A DNA stretch of 64,000 bases from a bacterium (GTDB lineage: Bacteria > SM23-31). The notes below the pieces were generated by a model. The model searched no databases. It was not told the origin of the DNA and saw nothing but the letters and a program-made list of their open reading frames with translations. The stretch's first letter is position 1; the number at the start of each line of letters is the position of its first letter. The translations under genes and the position numbers were made by a program. The stretch covers positions 3,072,001-3,136,000 of the forward strand of contig OZ252239.1 in NCBI GenBank assembly GCA_965249485.1. The letters are read 5' to 3'. Positions 19,833 through 30,954 of this stretch are shown piece after piece.

Positions 19833-21131
19833 TCACTCCTTAGAAAAATCATAAAGCGGGAATGTATCGCAAAGCGATTTTACTTCATTCCGCACCTTAG
19901 CATATAGCTTTTCATCGCCTAAATTGTGGAGAACATCACCAATCATTTGACCAATTTTCTCCATTTCAGGTTCTTCCATACCCCGTGTTGTCAACGCCGG
20001 TGTTCCAATTCTTATACCGCCTGTCACCATTGGAGAGTTTTTGTCAAACGGTACCATGTTTTTGTTGACCGTAATCCCAGATGCTTCAAGCGCGTTTTCT
20101 GCATCCAAGCCTGTTATACCCTTGGACGAGAGATCAACAAGCATAAGATGATTGTCGGTTCCTCCCGATACCAAGGAAAATCCAAGTTTACTCAGAATAC
20201 CGGCAAGAGTGGCGGCATTTGCAATGATTTGTTTGCAATATTCACTAAATTCGGGCTTTAATGCTTCTAGAAATGCAACGGCTTTTGCCGCAATAATATG
20301 CATCAACGGTCCGCCCTGTGTTCCGGGGAACACTCTGCTTGCCACAGCACCACGTAATTTTTTCTCTTTTCCTGTCCAGGGATCGGTAATTATTTTATCT
20401 GCATATTCCGGTCCGATCATGATCATACCACCACGCGGACCTCTTAGTGTTTTATGAGTTGTGGTTGTAACAATATCGCAGTATGGAACCGGAGATGAGT
20501 GCAGCCCGGTAGCAACAAGTCCCGCAATATGCGCAATATCCGCAAGTAAATATGCCCCGACGTTATCCGCTATTTCTCGGAATTTTGAAAAATCCAAAAT
20601 GCGTGGATAAGCACTGAAACCAGCAAGAATAAGATTCGGTTTTTCTCTTAGCGCTATTTCAGACAACTTTTCATAATTAATCATTCCAGTATCTTCTTCA
20701 ACACCATAAGGAACAACATTAAAAAGCTTACCAGAAAAATTGACGGGACTCCCATGAGTCAGATGACCACCATGAGCAAGATCCAAACCGAGAATCGAAT
20801 CGCCTTCTTTCAAGAGTGCAAAGAAGGCAGCAAGATTTGCCTGAGCACCAGCATGTGGCTGAACATTGACGTATTCAGCGTTAAATAGTTTTTTAGCACG
20901 CTCCCGGGCAAGATCCTCAGCGATATCAACAAATTCGCAACCTCCGTAGTACCGTTTTCCCGGGTAGCCTTCTGCATATTTGTTTGTCATGACACAGCCG
21001 GCTGTTTCGAGGACTGCCCTACTGACAAAGTTTTCCGATGCTATCAATTCGAGTGTTGAGTTTAGACGACCAATTTCACTTGAGATGGCATTAAAAATGT
21101 CCGGATCGGAATTTTTTAAATGACTATACAT
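19833..21131 (-). CDS. glyA: Serine hydroxymethyltransferase
   Basis: [34 protein letters not shown]. Confidence 0.98.
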   Translation of the reverse strand: MYSHLKNSDPDIFNAISSEIGRLNSTLELIASENFVSRAVLETAGCVMTNKYAEGYPGKRYYGGCEFVDIAEDLARERAKKLFNAEYVNVQPHAGAQANLAAFFALLKEGDSILGLDLAHGGHLTHGSPVNFSGKLFNVVPYGVEEDTGMINYEKLSEIALREKPNLILAGFSAYPRILDFSKFREIADNVGAYLLADIAHIAGLVATGLHSSPVPYCDIVTTTTHKTLRGPRGGMIMIGPEYADKIITDPWTGKEKKLRGAVASRVFPGTQGGPLMHIIAAKAVAFLEALKPEFSEYCKQIIANAATLAGILSKLGFSLVSGGTDNHLMLVDLSSKGITGLDAENALEASGITVNKNMVPFDKNSPMVTGGIRIGTPALTTRGMEEPEMEKIGQMIGDVLHNLGDEKLYAKVRNEVKSLCDTFPLYDFSKE

Positions 21132-21243
21132 TGAATCCTAATTGTTTGATCGTAAATGGAAACAGGAAGGGCCGGTGCAATCACAGCGTACATTTTAATA
21201 ATCTTACAAAGATGGAAATCCGGCATAGTTAATGACTTTTACA

Positions 21244-21684
21244 TCATTTATCGGATAAATCATGAATTTTCTGAACTCGGATAGCGTGTCTCCCCCCCTC
21301 AAAAGATGCTTGTAGCCACGATTGGAGTGACGCAAGAGCCGTCGATTCATCTATCATTCTTCCGGCAAGAACAAGAATGTTTGAATCATTATGCCGTTTG
21401 CTCATTTCTGCTTGTTCGGGAGTCATAACGAGCGCAGCTCTAATACCGGGGACTTTATTGGCAATAATTGACATACCGACACCGGAACCACAAATCAGGA
21501 CACCATCATCGTAAATGCCATCTGCAACTTTACGCGCAACCTTAATTCCAATATCTGGATAATCTACCGATTCTTCAGAATATGTTCCCAAATCTACACA
21601 ATCTATTTCCCGGTTTTTAAGATACTGAATTACTGCTTTTTTTAACTTAAAACCGGCATGGTCACTACCAACAACAATTTTCAA
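21244..21684 (-). CDS. rpiB: Ribose-5-phosphate isomerase B
   Basis: GSDHAG, DYPD, CGSGVG, ANKVPGIRAA, FEGGRH. Confidence 0.95.
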   Translation of the reverse strand: MKIVVGSDHAGFKLKKAVIQYLKNREIDCVDLGTYSEESVDYPDIGIKVARKVADGIYDDGVLICGSGVGMSIIANKVPGIRAALVMTPEQAEMSKRHNDSNILVLAGRMIDESTALASLQSWLQASFEGGRHAIRVQKIHDLSDK

Positions 21685-21690
21685 AATGAG

Positions 21691-22986
21691 TTACCTTTTA
21701 AACCGCCAGATCCACTCATATTCGGGCGTTTTTGGTATATCGTAACCTTTATTCATAAACTTATCTTCGGATGTCCGCATGAAATTTTCCCCATAAAAAC
21801 TTGCATAACGCTCACCATCGTTTCGAGTATTCGGGTCACGGGCGGCATCCTGAAAATAGGTTACAGCTACTTCATAAATAAGTTTATCATCATATGAGGC
21901 AGTTGATCTGCCATATTTTGACATTGTGTTCTCTATATATTCTACTATCAGCTCACCTATCATGTAATTTGCTTTTCCATGATTTCTGTCAATCTGACGC
22001 GCTCTCGATGCCCAATTGAGTGCTTCGCGTACATTCTGCTTGTCAATACGGTATATATCGGCAATATCAAGCAGATATTGCGGTTCTTGTGGACGAAGTT
22101 GAGTAATTTCGCGGATTGCACTGATAGCATCATCGACACGATTCGTAGACCTGAGTGCATTAATTTTTAGCAGACGAACGTCGATATCATCCGGATTCAA
22201 TACTATGAAAGCATCAGCAAGTTCAACTACCTCAGAATGTCGTGATTGATCGGCATAAGCGGACAAAAGCTGCCAGAGGACTTCTGAATCAGAAGGGTCT
22301 TCTTGGTAGCGGCGTTCGAATTCCTCTAATAATGCATCATCTCCACGTAACTCTCTTATTAATCCGATTCTTTCATTATCAAAGGCGATATTGCCCGGTT
22401 CGAGCTCTAAGAGTAGCTCGATGAATTCAAGGGCATTTTCATTTTCGCCACGTGATTTATACAGATCTTTTACTCTGATTATATTATCTTGTTGCTTAAT
22501 TAGATCTTCTTCATATTCTAAAATATCCAATGTGGTTTCAATATATTCATCAAGTTGGTTTTCGTTGAGATAATACCATTGGAGCCAGTTTAGAAATGTC
22601 AGGTTACCCTCATTGAACCCAAGACCCGCATCATAGGCATAAAATGCACTATCGACGATTCCCCGTTCAAAATAGGCTCTTCCTATCTGGAGATAAATCC
22701 GGGGGTATCTCAGATTATTGCCATTGATATCTTGGTCAATTGCGTTGGTTCTTAATAGATACGGGAGGGCATTTTCATAATCTTTTTGCTGATATCTATC
22801 ATAGCCTAAATTAAATGCGATAATCATCTCCTGAGTCAGCTCTTCAGTTGATTTTTCCTGTTTTACATTATTAGCTGACGCATTATCGGTAGCAGTCTGC
22901 GATGAACTTGCACACCCGCTCCAAACAGCAAATACACAAAACATGCTCAATAACACAACTGTCCGGATTATTTTGTTTTGATTCAT
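21691..22986 (-). CDS. TPR-repeat lipoprotein
   Basis: Signal peptide with WSGC lipobox; repeated helical TPR-like units. Confidence 0.75.
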   Translation of the reverse strand: MNQNKIIRTVVLLSMFCVFAVWSGCASSSQTATDNASANNVKQEKSTEELTQEMIIAFNLGYDRYQQKDYENALPYLLRTNAIDQDINGNNLRYPRIYLQIGRAYFERGIVDSAFYAYDAGLGFNEGNLTFLNWLQWYYLNENQLDEYIETTLDILEYEEDLIKQQDNIIRVKDLYKSRGENENALEFIELLLELEPGNIAFDNERIGLIRELRGDDALLEEFERRYQEDPSDSEVLWQLLSAYADQSRHSEVVELADAFIVLNPDDIDVRLLKINALRSTNRVDDAISAIREITQLRPQEPQYLLDIADIYRIDKQNVREALNWASRARQIDRNHGKANYMIGELIVEYIENTMSKYGRSTASYDDKLIYEVAVTYFQDAARDPNTRNDGERYASFYGENFMRTSEDKFMNKGYDIPKTPEYEWIWRFKR

Positions 22987-23118
22987 ATGTCTCATATGGA
23001 ATTTGGCCTTTGTTTATAAGATATTATCATTTTCAAAATGTATCAAAATGTAATTTGTTGCAACTGTGTAATATATATAGAAATTGACGCTATATCAATA
23101 AATTTTTTATCTTGATGT

Positions 23119-24327
23119 TCATCTGGTCATCACTCTTCTAAACCAGACCTCCCCACCGACAATCCCTACGAATAGTCGAGCAACTTTATCTTTTCCAAGT
23201 AACCCTGATTCTGATTCTCTAAAACCACCTTCAAAGGCAATATCAAGCCTCGCCCCTCCCCCATTGAATGGATATCCAAATCCAGCAGTAATAAACTTTT
23301 CAGTAACTGCAGCTCCATCAACATCCGTATTATATAATTGCCAGTAATATCCCCCAATTCTATACTTCAATCCACGTGCAAATGTCCTTATTTCAGTTTC
23401 ACGATTTCCGAACTCAAATCCGGCCGAATATCTTGTCGAATTATTGAATATTTGCGTTGTAGGTGCACCCAAATCGAGATCCTCGTACTGCCACCTATAG
23501 ATGTCTGCCGCAAATAGTACTGCCGTGCTCAACTCTGACACAAGACCTATCCCAAATGAATGAGGAATCGTCATGTCAACTTGTTCTACTATTCCGGCAT
23601 TCCCCGCAGTATCAGATTTTCGAAGCTTAGTGTCCAATTTTGTTTCGCTCATATAAACTGCACCAATTTGCATCTGAGGAAAAAAACGAAAAATTGTTCC
23701 AAGAGCATATCCAGATCCCCTTTTTTGGCGAGTCGACCGTATTGCTGCATCTGAATTACTTGCATTATTGAGTTGTAAAATATCAAGACTCCAATTCTCA
23801 ACATCTGTTCCGAAAACATAATTGTACTGTGCACCAATCAAAACTCTTTCTCCAAATGAATATCCGAAACCAAAATATCCTAAAGATGTACCACCTGATG
23901 CTTCCAGCAATCTCTCAAATACGTCAGTCTTTGATAGTACTTTAAAATCAGTATCAAAATGAGGTTTGAATCCACCTGCAAATGTGAGGCTGCCCTTTGT
24001 GTTCAAAGCAAATGAGATATCATTCAACCCGGATTTTTCACTCGTGCTATTTTGAGTAGATCTTTCATTGTTCACCCCCTCAAATCTGACACCAATGCCG
24101 TAAGAAACATATCTCAGATATCCCCATGCGGCCGGATTTAAATGATTCTGAGCAATTGGATCGACTAAGGCTATACCTGAGCCACCTATTGCTGTTGAAC
24201 GAATATTTGCAAGGTAGCGCAATTCCCCAATTCCTCCGGCTCCAAATATCGATTGGGCCATTCCAATACTTGGTATCAGTAAGAATATGGGTGCAATTAA
24301 TGTAAGTAATTTTATTATATGCTTCAT
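23119..24327 (-). CDS. Outer-membrane beta-barrel of the FadL/PorV-like superfamily (BamG-like)
   Basis: Signal peptide; N-terminal AIGG..IA...NPA plug motif; amphipathic strands; C-terminal EVWFRR. Confidence 0.7.
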   Translation of the reverse strand: MKHIIKLLTLIAPIFLLIPSIGMAQSIFGAGGIGELRYLANIRSTAIGGSGIALVDPIAQNHLNPAAWGYLRYVSYGIGVRFEGVNNERSTQNSTSEKSGLNDISFALNTKGSLTFAGGFKPHFDTDFKVLSKTDVFERLLEASGGTSLGYFGFGYSFGERVLIGAQYNYVFGTDVENWSLDILQLNNASNSDAAIRSTRQKRGSGYALGTIFRFFPQMQIGAVYMSETKLDTKLRKSDTAGNAGIVEQVDMTIPHSFGIGLVSELSTAVLFAADIYRWQYEDLDLGAPTTQIFNNSTRYSAGFEFGNRETEIRTFARGLKYRIGGYYWQLYNTDVDGAAVTEKFITAGFGYPFNGGGARLDIAFEGGFRESESGLLGKDKVARLFVGIVGGEVWFRRVMTR

Positions 24328-24339
24328 AATGGAAACGAC

Positions 24340-25503
24340 CTATTGACTAACAATATTAAAAATTGTATACTGAACTTGTATAGTGGGTTGTATGCCCCCA
24401 TCACCTGTATCAAAAAAATAGACAAACTTTGAAAAGTCGAGCCCTTCAGTTCCTGATGTAAATAAAATTCCGTTATTTGTCTCCCTAGAATTAACCCAAG
24501 TTTGAAATAAAGAAAGTATGTTAAATCTTACCTCAAGCCTTTCAGTATTACTGTTCAATCCAATGGTTCTCTGCTGAAACGCTGCAATGGAAAGTAAAAT
24601 ATTATCAGGATCCCACAATTTTGAAATAAGCGGATTCGATTGTAAAGAATACGTCTCACTACTCTTGAGATCAGAATTATCTTCATCTAGGACTAATACC
24701 ATTTCTGCAAAGTTTATGATTGCATTATCCGGAATATGGTCGATACCAAAACGGACCACTGCTCTATGACTCCCAAAATTACTCAGCACCAAACCATTTT
24801 CTAATTCTTTCGGACCATCAACTAGGTAGGTAGTAGCCGTAGGAATTAATAATTCAATGTCCTGTCCCCCATTATCTGAGTAGTACAATAACATAGTTAT
24901 ATCCAAGACCGGACCATTGGGATTAGAGACATCATGAATATACTGTTTAGCGAATCCCGCATTGTCAGATGAAATTAGAATGCCATAATTGGGGAGTGTC
25001 GAATCTCCCGTAGCATCGACCCATTTTTGGGCTAAATCAGCCGGAATAGTTACGAGTTCAACTTCTTCAAGTGAGGAGCTAACCTGAAAGGATGCCGCCT
25101 CAATCGGATTGACTGTCACTTCGGGCAATGTTACTGTATTCCAGTCTGATGTCACCTCAAATACATGAGCAGTAAACGATTCAAGTGCTTCACCATAAAC
25201 ATAAGATGGAATAAAACTAATTCGCGCAGAATCAACAGAAACATTTGCTGGGATATCCCTGAAACGTAGCAATATGCTGCTTTCCTGATCTTTATATTCA
25301 CCTAACATTAGATTTGGTGAATCTCCCCTACCGAAAACTGGATCAAAAATATAAAAGAAAGTCGAATCAATAACCGCAGTTGTTTCTATAACGTTACCTG
25401 CAGGTTCCCGAAATGGAATTTCATCTTCTTCAAATATAAGTGGCTGATCATCGCACGAGACAATTGCAGTTGTAACTAATAAAATTGTAACAATTATTCG
25501 CAT
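24340..25503 (-). CDS. Beta-rich lipoprotein, DUF4270/DNRLRE-like (BamH-like)
   Basis: ATG 25503 gives MRIIVTILLVTTAIVSC lipobox; SILLRF, HVFEVTSDW, QKWV...NYGIL and QTWV...NNGIL suggest two related jelly-roll domains. Confidence 0.6.
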   Translation of the reverse strand: MRIIVTILLVTTAIVSCDDQPLIFEEDEIPFREPAGNVIETTAVIDSTFFYIFDPVFGRGDSPNLMLGEYKDQESSILLRFRDIPANVSVDSARISFIPSYVYGEALESFTAHVFEVTSDWNTVTLPEVTVNPIEAASFQVSSSLEEVELVTIPADLAQKWVDATGDSTLPNYGILISSDNAGFAKQYIHDVSNPNGPVLDITMLLYYSDNGGQDIELLIPTATTYLVDGPKELENGLVLSNFGSHRAVVRFGIDHIPDNAIINFAEMVLVLDEDNSDLKSSETYSLQSNPLISKLWDPDNILLSIAAFQQRTIGLNSNTERLEVRFNILSLFQTWVNSRETNNGILFTSGTEGLDFSKFVYFFDTGDGGIQPTIQVQYTIFNIVSQ

Positions 25504-25504
25504 A

Positions 25505-26089
25505 TTATTCCAAATCATGTTTAATCCATTCAACAGCTTCAATTAGTGAATCAACTATTCTATCCGGATGAATACTATGTTCTGCATCTGCAAGAGAATA
25601 TTCTGTATCTTTTCCATATCCCGTACGTACAAGCACCGTTTTCAAACCAGCATTGATTCCACAATCGATATCGGACAACTTGTCACCAATCATGTATGAG
25701 CCATCCAATGAGAGCTTGAGTTCGTCTACTGCCTGTTGAATCAAGCCCGTTGCGGGTTTCCGGCAATTACATTTTCGTGTATACTCGTGCTGTTTTCCTT
25801 CAGGGTGATGCGGGCAGTAATAGATACCGTCAAAACTCACTCCGGACTGTTCAAGTATCTCACACAACATCTGATTTATTTCTATTACTTTCGACTCCGG
25901 AAACATTCCTCGCGCAACACCAGACTGATTCGTAACGACTACAAGTTTAAAACCAAGAATTTTTGCCTGAGCAAGTGCATCAACAGCGCCTGGCAGCAAT
26001 CTCACATCATTCACATTATCAATATAACCTTCTTCAAACATGATTGTTCCATCACGGTCTAAAAAAATTGCTTTGTCAGCTGTGCTCAT
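25505..26089 (-). CDS. gmhB: D-glycero-D-manno-heptose-1,7-bisphosphate phosphatase (HAD IIIA)
   Basis: FLDRDGT, TNQSGVARG, CPHHP...CNCRKP, GDKLSD. Confidence 0.9.
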   Translation of the reverse strand: MSTADKAIFLDRDGTIMFEEGYIDNVNDVRLLPGAVDALAQAKILGFKLVVVTNQSGVARGMFPESKVIEINQMLCEILEQSGVSFDGIYYCPHHPEGKQHEYTRKCNCRKPATGLIQQAVDELKLSLDGSYMIGDKLSDIDCGINAGLKTVLVRTGYGKDTEYSLADAEHSIHPDRIVDSLIEAVEWIKHDLE

Positions 26090-26134
26090 AGTACTAACAG
26101 ATTATTATTACGTTTATTCCTCAAAATAAAGAAA

Positions 26135-26160
26135 ATGTCAAACTTATACAAGTTTGACAT
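26135..26160 (-). terminator. Perfect 11-bp inverted repeat downstream of glgA; probable terminator, also carrying a TTGACA
   Basis: ATGTCAAACTT-atac-AAGTTTGACAT followed by TTTCTTT on the minus strand. Confidence 0.5.
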
Positions 26161-26223
26161 CAAATTTATTATTATGTAGTTACCAGCAAACCCAAAAAAA
26201 ACAAGAAGTTCATAAATACACAA

Positions 26224-27705
26224 TTATTTTTTCAGAACTTTTTCATAAATTTTTGAATATTTCTTGGCCGAAGCTTTCCATGAAAAATCTTGTTTCATCC
26301 CATTCTTGATGATCTTCTTCCAGATTTTTTGATTTCCAAAGATTTCAATTGCCCGCTTAATTGTTTTGAGCAATTCCTTATCGTCATATTTTTCGAAAAC
26401 GAATCCGTTACCTTTGCCGGTCTCGGGATTAAACTCTTCAATTGTATCGGCTAATCCGCCGGTCTTTCTTACAATTGGTACCGTGCCATACTTTAAGCTG
26501 TATAATTGATTCAATCCACAAGGCTCATAACGTGATGGCATCAAGAACATATCACTACCGGCTTCAATGAGATGTGCAAGCGCTTCATCAAAGGTGAGTT
26601 TTACTCCAAATTTATTGGGATGTTTCTTGTTGATTTTCGTAAGGAGTGTATGGTACTTTTTATCTCCGGTTCCAAGAACAACAAACTGCGCATTGAGCTT
26701 TATAAGATCATCAATTATTTTTTCTAAGAGATCAAGACCTTTTTGATCAGCCAATCTTGTAATTACTCCAATAATTGGAGTAGCATCATCAAATGCAAAA
26801 TTGTACTTTTTCGCAAGAACTTTTTTGTTCTCAAGCTTACCTGAAAGATCGGCAGCAGTATAGTTACTGCTGATATTTTCATCTGTCTCAGGATTCCAAG
26901 TCGAATAATCAACACCATTTATAATTCCTGAAAACACATCGCTTCGGTCTTTGAAGATACCTTCAAAGCCAAATCCATATTCTTTGGATTGCTGCACTTC
27001 CTCTGCATACTTCTCACTCACCGTCGTGATATAATCGGAGTAATAAATGCCTGTTTTCATAAAACTGAATTTTCCGTAATATTCCGTCATACCATCGGAA
27101 TGAAACAGCGATTTATCTACATTTGTTTTTGTAAAAGATTCCGGGGGGAAATTACCTTGATAGCCGACATTGTGAATCGTAAAAACGGTTGATGTTTTTT
27201 TGAAAAACTCATCATCCTTATATAACGTTTTCAAGAAAAATGGGATAAGACCGGTCTGCCAATCATTACAATGAATAATGTCGGGCTGCCAAAAAAGAAG
27301 CTTCAATGTTTCAAGAACACCTTTTGCAAATAATATATACCGTTCATCGTTGTCTGGAAAATCTTTGTTTGTCTTTGGAGCACTGTAGAGTCCCTCACGG
27401 CCAAAATAGGGACGGTAATCAATAAAATAAGTCTGGATTTTTACCGGATCAGGTGTAAAGGCAGATTTTACACAGATCTTTTTAACCGAATCGCCAACTG
27501 TTATAGGAATATCTTTCAGACGGATCACATCACGCAAAATATATTTCCGGTCATTGACCACTTTATACTTTGGCATCATAATCCGAACTTCGTGCCCCAA
27601 TTCTTTCAGACCCTTTGGAAGGGATATTGAAACATCGGCTAATCCACCGGTCTTAGCAAATGGGGCTACTTCGGAAGATAAAAAGAGGATATTAAGTTTC
27701 TTCAT
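26224..27705 (-). CDS. glgA: Glycogen synthase
   Basis: KTGGLADV, HCNDWQT, TIHN..YQG, PSRYEPCGLNQ; start likely ATG 27705. Confidence 0.95.
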   Translation of the reverse strand: MKKLNILFLSSEVAPFAKTGGLADVSISLPKGLKELGHEVRIMMPKYKVVNDRKYILRDVIRLKDIPITVGDSVKKICVKSAFTPDPVKIQTYFIDYRPYFGREGLYSAPKTNKDFPDNDERYILFAKGVLETLKLLFWQPDIIHCNDWQTGLIPFFLKTLYKDDEFFKKTSTVFTIHNVGYQGNFPPESFTKTNVDKSLFHSDGMTEYYGKFSFMKTGIYYSDYITTVSEKYAEEVQQSKEYGFGFEGIFKDRSDVFSGIINGVDYSTWNPETDENISSNYTAADLSGKLENKKVLAKKYNFAFDDATPIIGVITRLADQKGLDLLEKIIDDLIKLNAQFVVLGTGDKKYHTLLTKINKKHPNKFGVKLTFDEALAHLIEAGSDMFLMPSRYEPCGLNQLYSLKYGTVPIVRKTGGLADTIEEFNPETGKGNGFVFEKYDDKELLKTIKRAIEIFGNQKIWKKIIKNGMKQDFSWKASAKKYSKIYEKVLKK

Positions 27706-27838
27706 GTAATGATAATCTAGGGGTCGCTTTCTCAAGCGTAACATACAAAAACTATTCGCAAATATCAATCAAAAAATATCTTGTAGCAGTCTGAATCAAT
27801 ACGTTGCATGTACTAATTGCGTTTGCAAAAAGAATGAC

Positions 27839-28855
27839 TTATTTCCATGTTTTTGCTTGTGTTTTCATTTCTTGCTTGAATTGATAAAAATGCTTGAACT
27901 GTTTTCCGTTACCATTTACGGAACCTATGTCATCGAGGATCTTATATAAATTCTGGGAAGCTTTGCAGCGAGGGTATTGCAGAAGAAACGGCATCATTTT
28001 TTCCGATGCTTCCACCACTTTATCATCTCTGACAATATACCCAATAAATTTCTAGTTAATACCGAGATATTCTGCTGCGAGTGTACATAACTGCTGCCCC
28101 TCATCGATATGGCTACGCTTTCTTACTTTATTCATTATTAAACGGGGACGGAAGTTTTGAAGTATCGTGGATATCTTAGTACTTGCCTCCGGAAAGCGCT
28201 GTCCCATTATTATCGAAAGCTTCGGTATTTGGAACGTCTTATTTCTATCATCTACAAGAATTTTTTTCAAATAATGATATTCTTCTGAACTTGTCTTAAA
28301 ACTTGTCAAAATTTTTCGGTAAACAACACTCTTCAAAAAAGAATAGGCATCGAGTTTGGCAGTCGGTTCAGGGTTGCAGACAATGATTCCTTCGTTTGAT
28401 AGGTTGAAAAAATCAAGTGTGTTATATGACTGCCCGGCTCCAAGATCAACAATAATAAAATCGGCAGGCAACTGTAAAATATGTCTGAGGAGCTTTGTTT
28501 TTTTACCATGCTGCAAATTGGCGACACCAACGAGTTCCGAACCGCCACTGATGAGCTTGAGTCCTTCGGACGGTGTTTCAAGCAAGATATCTTTCAGATT
28601 TTTCTTGTCATTTACAATGAAATCATTCAGGTTTGCCTGTGGGTGGCGAATATTCAAACAGGTATGGAGGTTCGCTCCTCCGAGATCACCATCAATGAGA
28701 ATCACTTTTTTCCCGAGCGAGGCAAGAGCAATACCGAGATTCGCTGTAATAACAGACTTTCCGGTACCCCCTTTACCACCAGCAATAGCCCAAATATTGG
28801 CTTTGACACCGTTCAGAACAGTACTACTACCATTGTCAGAATGATTACTCATCAT
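27839..28855 (-). pseudogene. FlhG/FleN (MinD/ParA family) ATPase interrupted by an in-frame TAG at 28052-28054
   Basis: GGKGGTGKS, DGDLGGANL, DLGAG. The same frame continues 70 codons past the TAG (KFIGYIVRDDKV...PFLLQYPRCKAS...) to TAA at 27839. Confidence 0.75.
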
Positions 28856-28944
28856 TTTTTTGTTTCTAAATGTTGAAAAGCTGCCAATATTGTCTTGAAC
28901 TCAGATTAAATCAACGCAATTGACACTCATTAAAGGAAAATCCT

Positions 28945-29653
28945 CTACAACAAGTCATGGTCAGCAAAACTATAATAGCGCTGACCGGCAATGATTAGAT
29001 GATCGATAACTTCTATGCCGACAACCACACCCGCCTGTACAAGATTTTTCGTAACACTTTTATCCTCATTGCTCGGTTCAGGATTACCGCTCGGATGGTT
29101 ATGAATCAGAACGACGCGTGCTGCCGACTCGGTAATGGCTTTTTTGAACACTTCACGTGGATGCACTACGCTCGCGTTCAAACTTCCTTTTGTAATAACG
29201 TACTCACCAATAATACCGTTAGCCGTGTCGAGCAGAATAACGCTGAACTCCTCCTGTTTTACTGTTTCCAGCAACGGAATATACCGTTTTGCAAGACTCA
29301 GGCGAATAAACTTTCATCCGGTCAGGCCGTGTCCCGCTAGCGATGCGTCTGCCGATTTCAAATGCAGCAATGAGGGAAATTGCTTTTGCCTGCCCAATAC
29401 CTTTCAACCTCATAAAGTCACCACTGTTTCTTGCAGACAATTCATAAGGGCTCTTGTATTCCACGAGCAGGCTCTTTGCTAAATCAACAGCTGTAATCAA
29501 TCCTGCACCTGTCCGCAATAATATTGCAAGTAACTCTGCGTCAGATAAGCGAGCTGGACCAACTTGCAACAGTTTTTCCCGAGGACGTTCACCTTCAGGC
29601 CAATCTTTTATCCTGGTGTGATAGAAGTCCGCTTCTTTTATTTTATCGGTCAA
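28945..29653 (-). pseudogene. radC: RadC/JAB-domain protein split by a frameshift near 29290-29313
   Basis: N-half ERPREKL, ELLAILL, GIGQAKA; C-half HPREVF, HNHPSG, DHLII in a different frame; the two ORFs overlap. Confidence 0.88.
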
Positions 29654-30048
29654 TATTTGTAAAGTTTTAAGGAAGTACAGAAAAAACTATATTTAAGCAT
29701 AGGAGAAGGAAGAATATCGGACAAGAACCCAGATTAATATAGTAAATCTAAAATGAATATGCAACGATTAATACATTTTTCACTATATACCAGATTATTG
29801 TCAATTATATCCTGAAGTAGTATGGGATGGCATCAGTAATAGCAGTTAACCATTCCGACTTAGGTACAAAAATAATTCAGTGCTTATTATTGTTTTACCG
29901 TATTGCACGAGCATTTTCATACACCCGCAAGAACTGTATTATCAGTAACCCCAGTAATAAGCGCACCATACCCAATTGAGTTAAGGGTTTGGTACGTAAA
30001 TGTTGACTATGACTTATGTATTCTGTTGTATTTTAATCTACTGATTTT

Positions 30049-30954
30049 TTAATATGCTTTTTCTTTCACTACTCTGTTTTTTAACGAACCAATACCTTCT
30101 ATGAATGCTTCTACATCATCGCCATCTTTAACGCCTGAAATACCTTCAGGAGTTCCTGTTGCGATGATGTCTCCTGGATAGAGTGTGAAATATTTTGAGA
30201 CATATTCGATAATTCCAGGAATCTTAAGAATCATATCTGATGTATTTGAATGCTGCTTTGATTTACCATTTACCGTAAGCAACAATTCAAGATTATGAGG
30301 ATCGACAATAAAATCTTGTGGTGTAAAATACGGTCCAAGTGGTGTGAATGTATCATAGCTTTTGAAAGTCACCCAGGGTTTTCCTGTTTGCATGTCTTTT
30401 TTCTGTTGCGTGCGGGCAGTCATATCGTTAAGTATAGTATATCCCGCAATATATTTTTCAGCTTGCTCCTGTGAAATCTTTTTGCCTTTTTTCCCAATGA
30501 CTATTGCAAGCTCTATTTCATGGTCTACTCTGCCTTGCTCAAAGCTAGGAATAATAACCGGTTTTCCATGACTCTGCAACGATGATGGAAGTTTTGCAAA
30601 GATTAGTGGCAGTTTCGGTTTAGCTACACCGAACTCTTTGGCATGTTTTGCATAGTTTAATCCGAGACAGATAATCTTTTGTGGATTAAGGATGGGCACC
30701 TCAAAAGTAAAGCGCGGTTCAACTTGGCACTTCTTTTCGAGTTTATTGTTGATTACAAAACGGACAAGTTTGTTGAGAAAGGATTTTTTATAATATCCAA
30801 ATTCAAGAATTTCCTTGAGGTTTAGTGAATGGGGAATATTGTGTTTCTCTTTCCGATTGTACTGTTGGACAGCTTTATTGAAATCGATTCTACTGTCACC
30901 TAGCTCTATTCCGACTGAAGAATATCCACTTTTTGTATAGCTGAAAAGTTTCAT
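30049..30954 (-). CDS. Fumarylacetoacetate hydrolase family protein
   Basis: KIICLGLNY, DHEIELA, NDMTAR, KSYDTFTPLGP, GDIIATGTP. Confidence 0.92.
   Translation of the reverse strand: MKLFSYTKSGYSSVGIELGDSRIDFNKAVQQYNRKEKHNIPHSLNLKEILEFGYYKKSFLNKLVRFVINNKLEKKCQVEPRFTFEVPILNPQKIICLGLNYAKHAKEFGVAKPKLPLIFAKLPSSLQSHGKPVIIPSFEQGRVDHEIELAIVIGKKGKKISQEQAEKYIAGYTILNDMTARTQQKKDMQTGKPWVTFKSYDTFTPLGPYFTPQDFIVDPHNLELLLTVNGKSKQHSNTSDMILKIPGIIEYVSKYFTLYPGDIIATGTPEGISGVKDGDDVEAFIEGIGSLKNRVVKEKAY

Noticed and set aside
21132..21243. Possible ZTP or THF riboswitch before glyA (GCCGG/CCGGC pairing)
   Set aside because: Only a short stem; I could not find the aptamer consensus.
28052..28054. Genome-wide TAG reassignment
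   Set aside because: TAG ends full-length genes at 17366, 24340 and 28945.
28945..29653. radC as a marker of an integrative element
   Set aside because: It is the long chromosomal form, with no integrase, att sites or cargo genes nearby.
29654..30048. Intergenic region with short ATCAGTAA echoes
   Set aside because: Repeats are too short and irregular for CRISPR or IS ends; no ORF or fold I can support.
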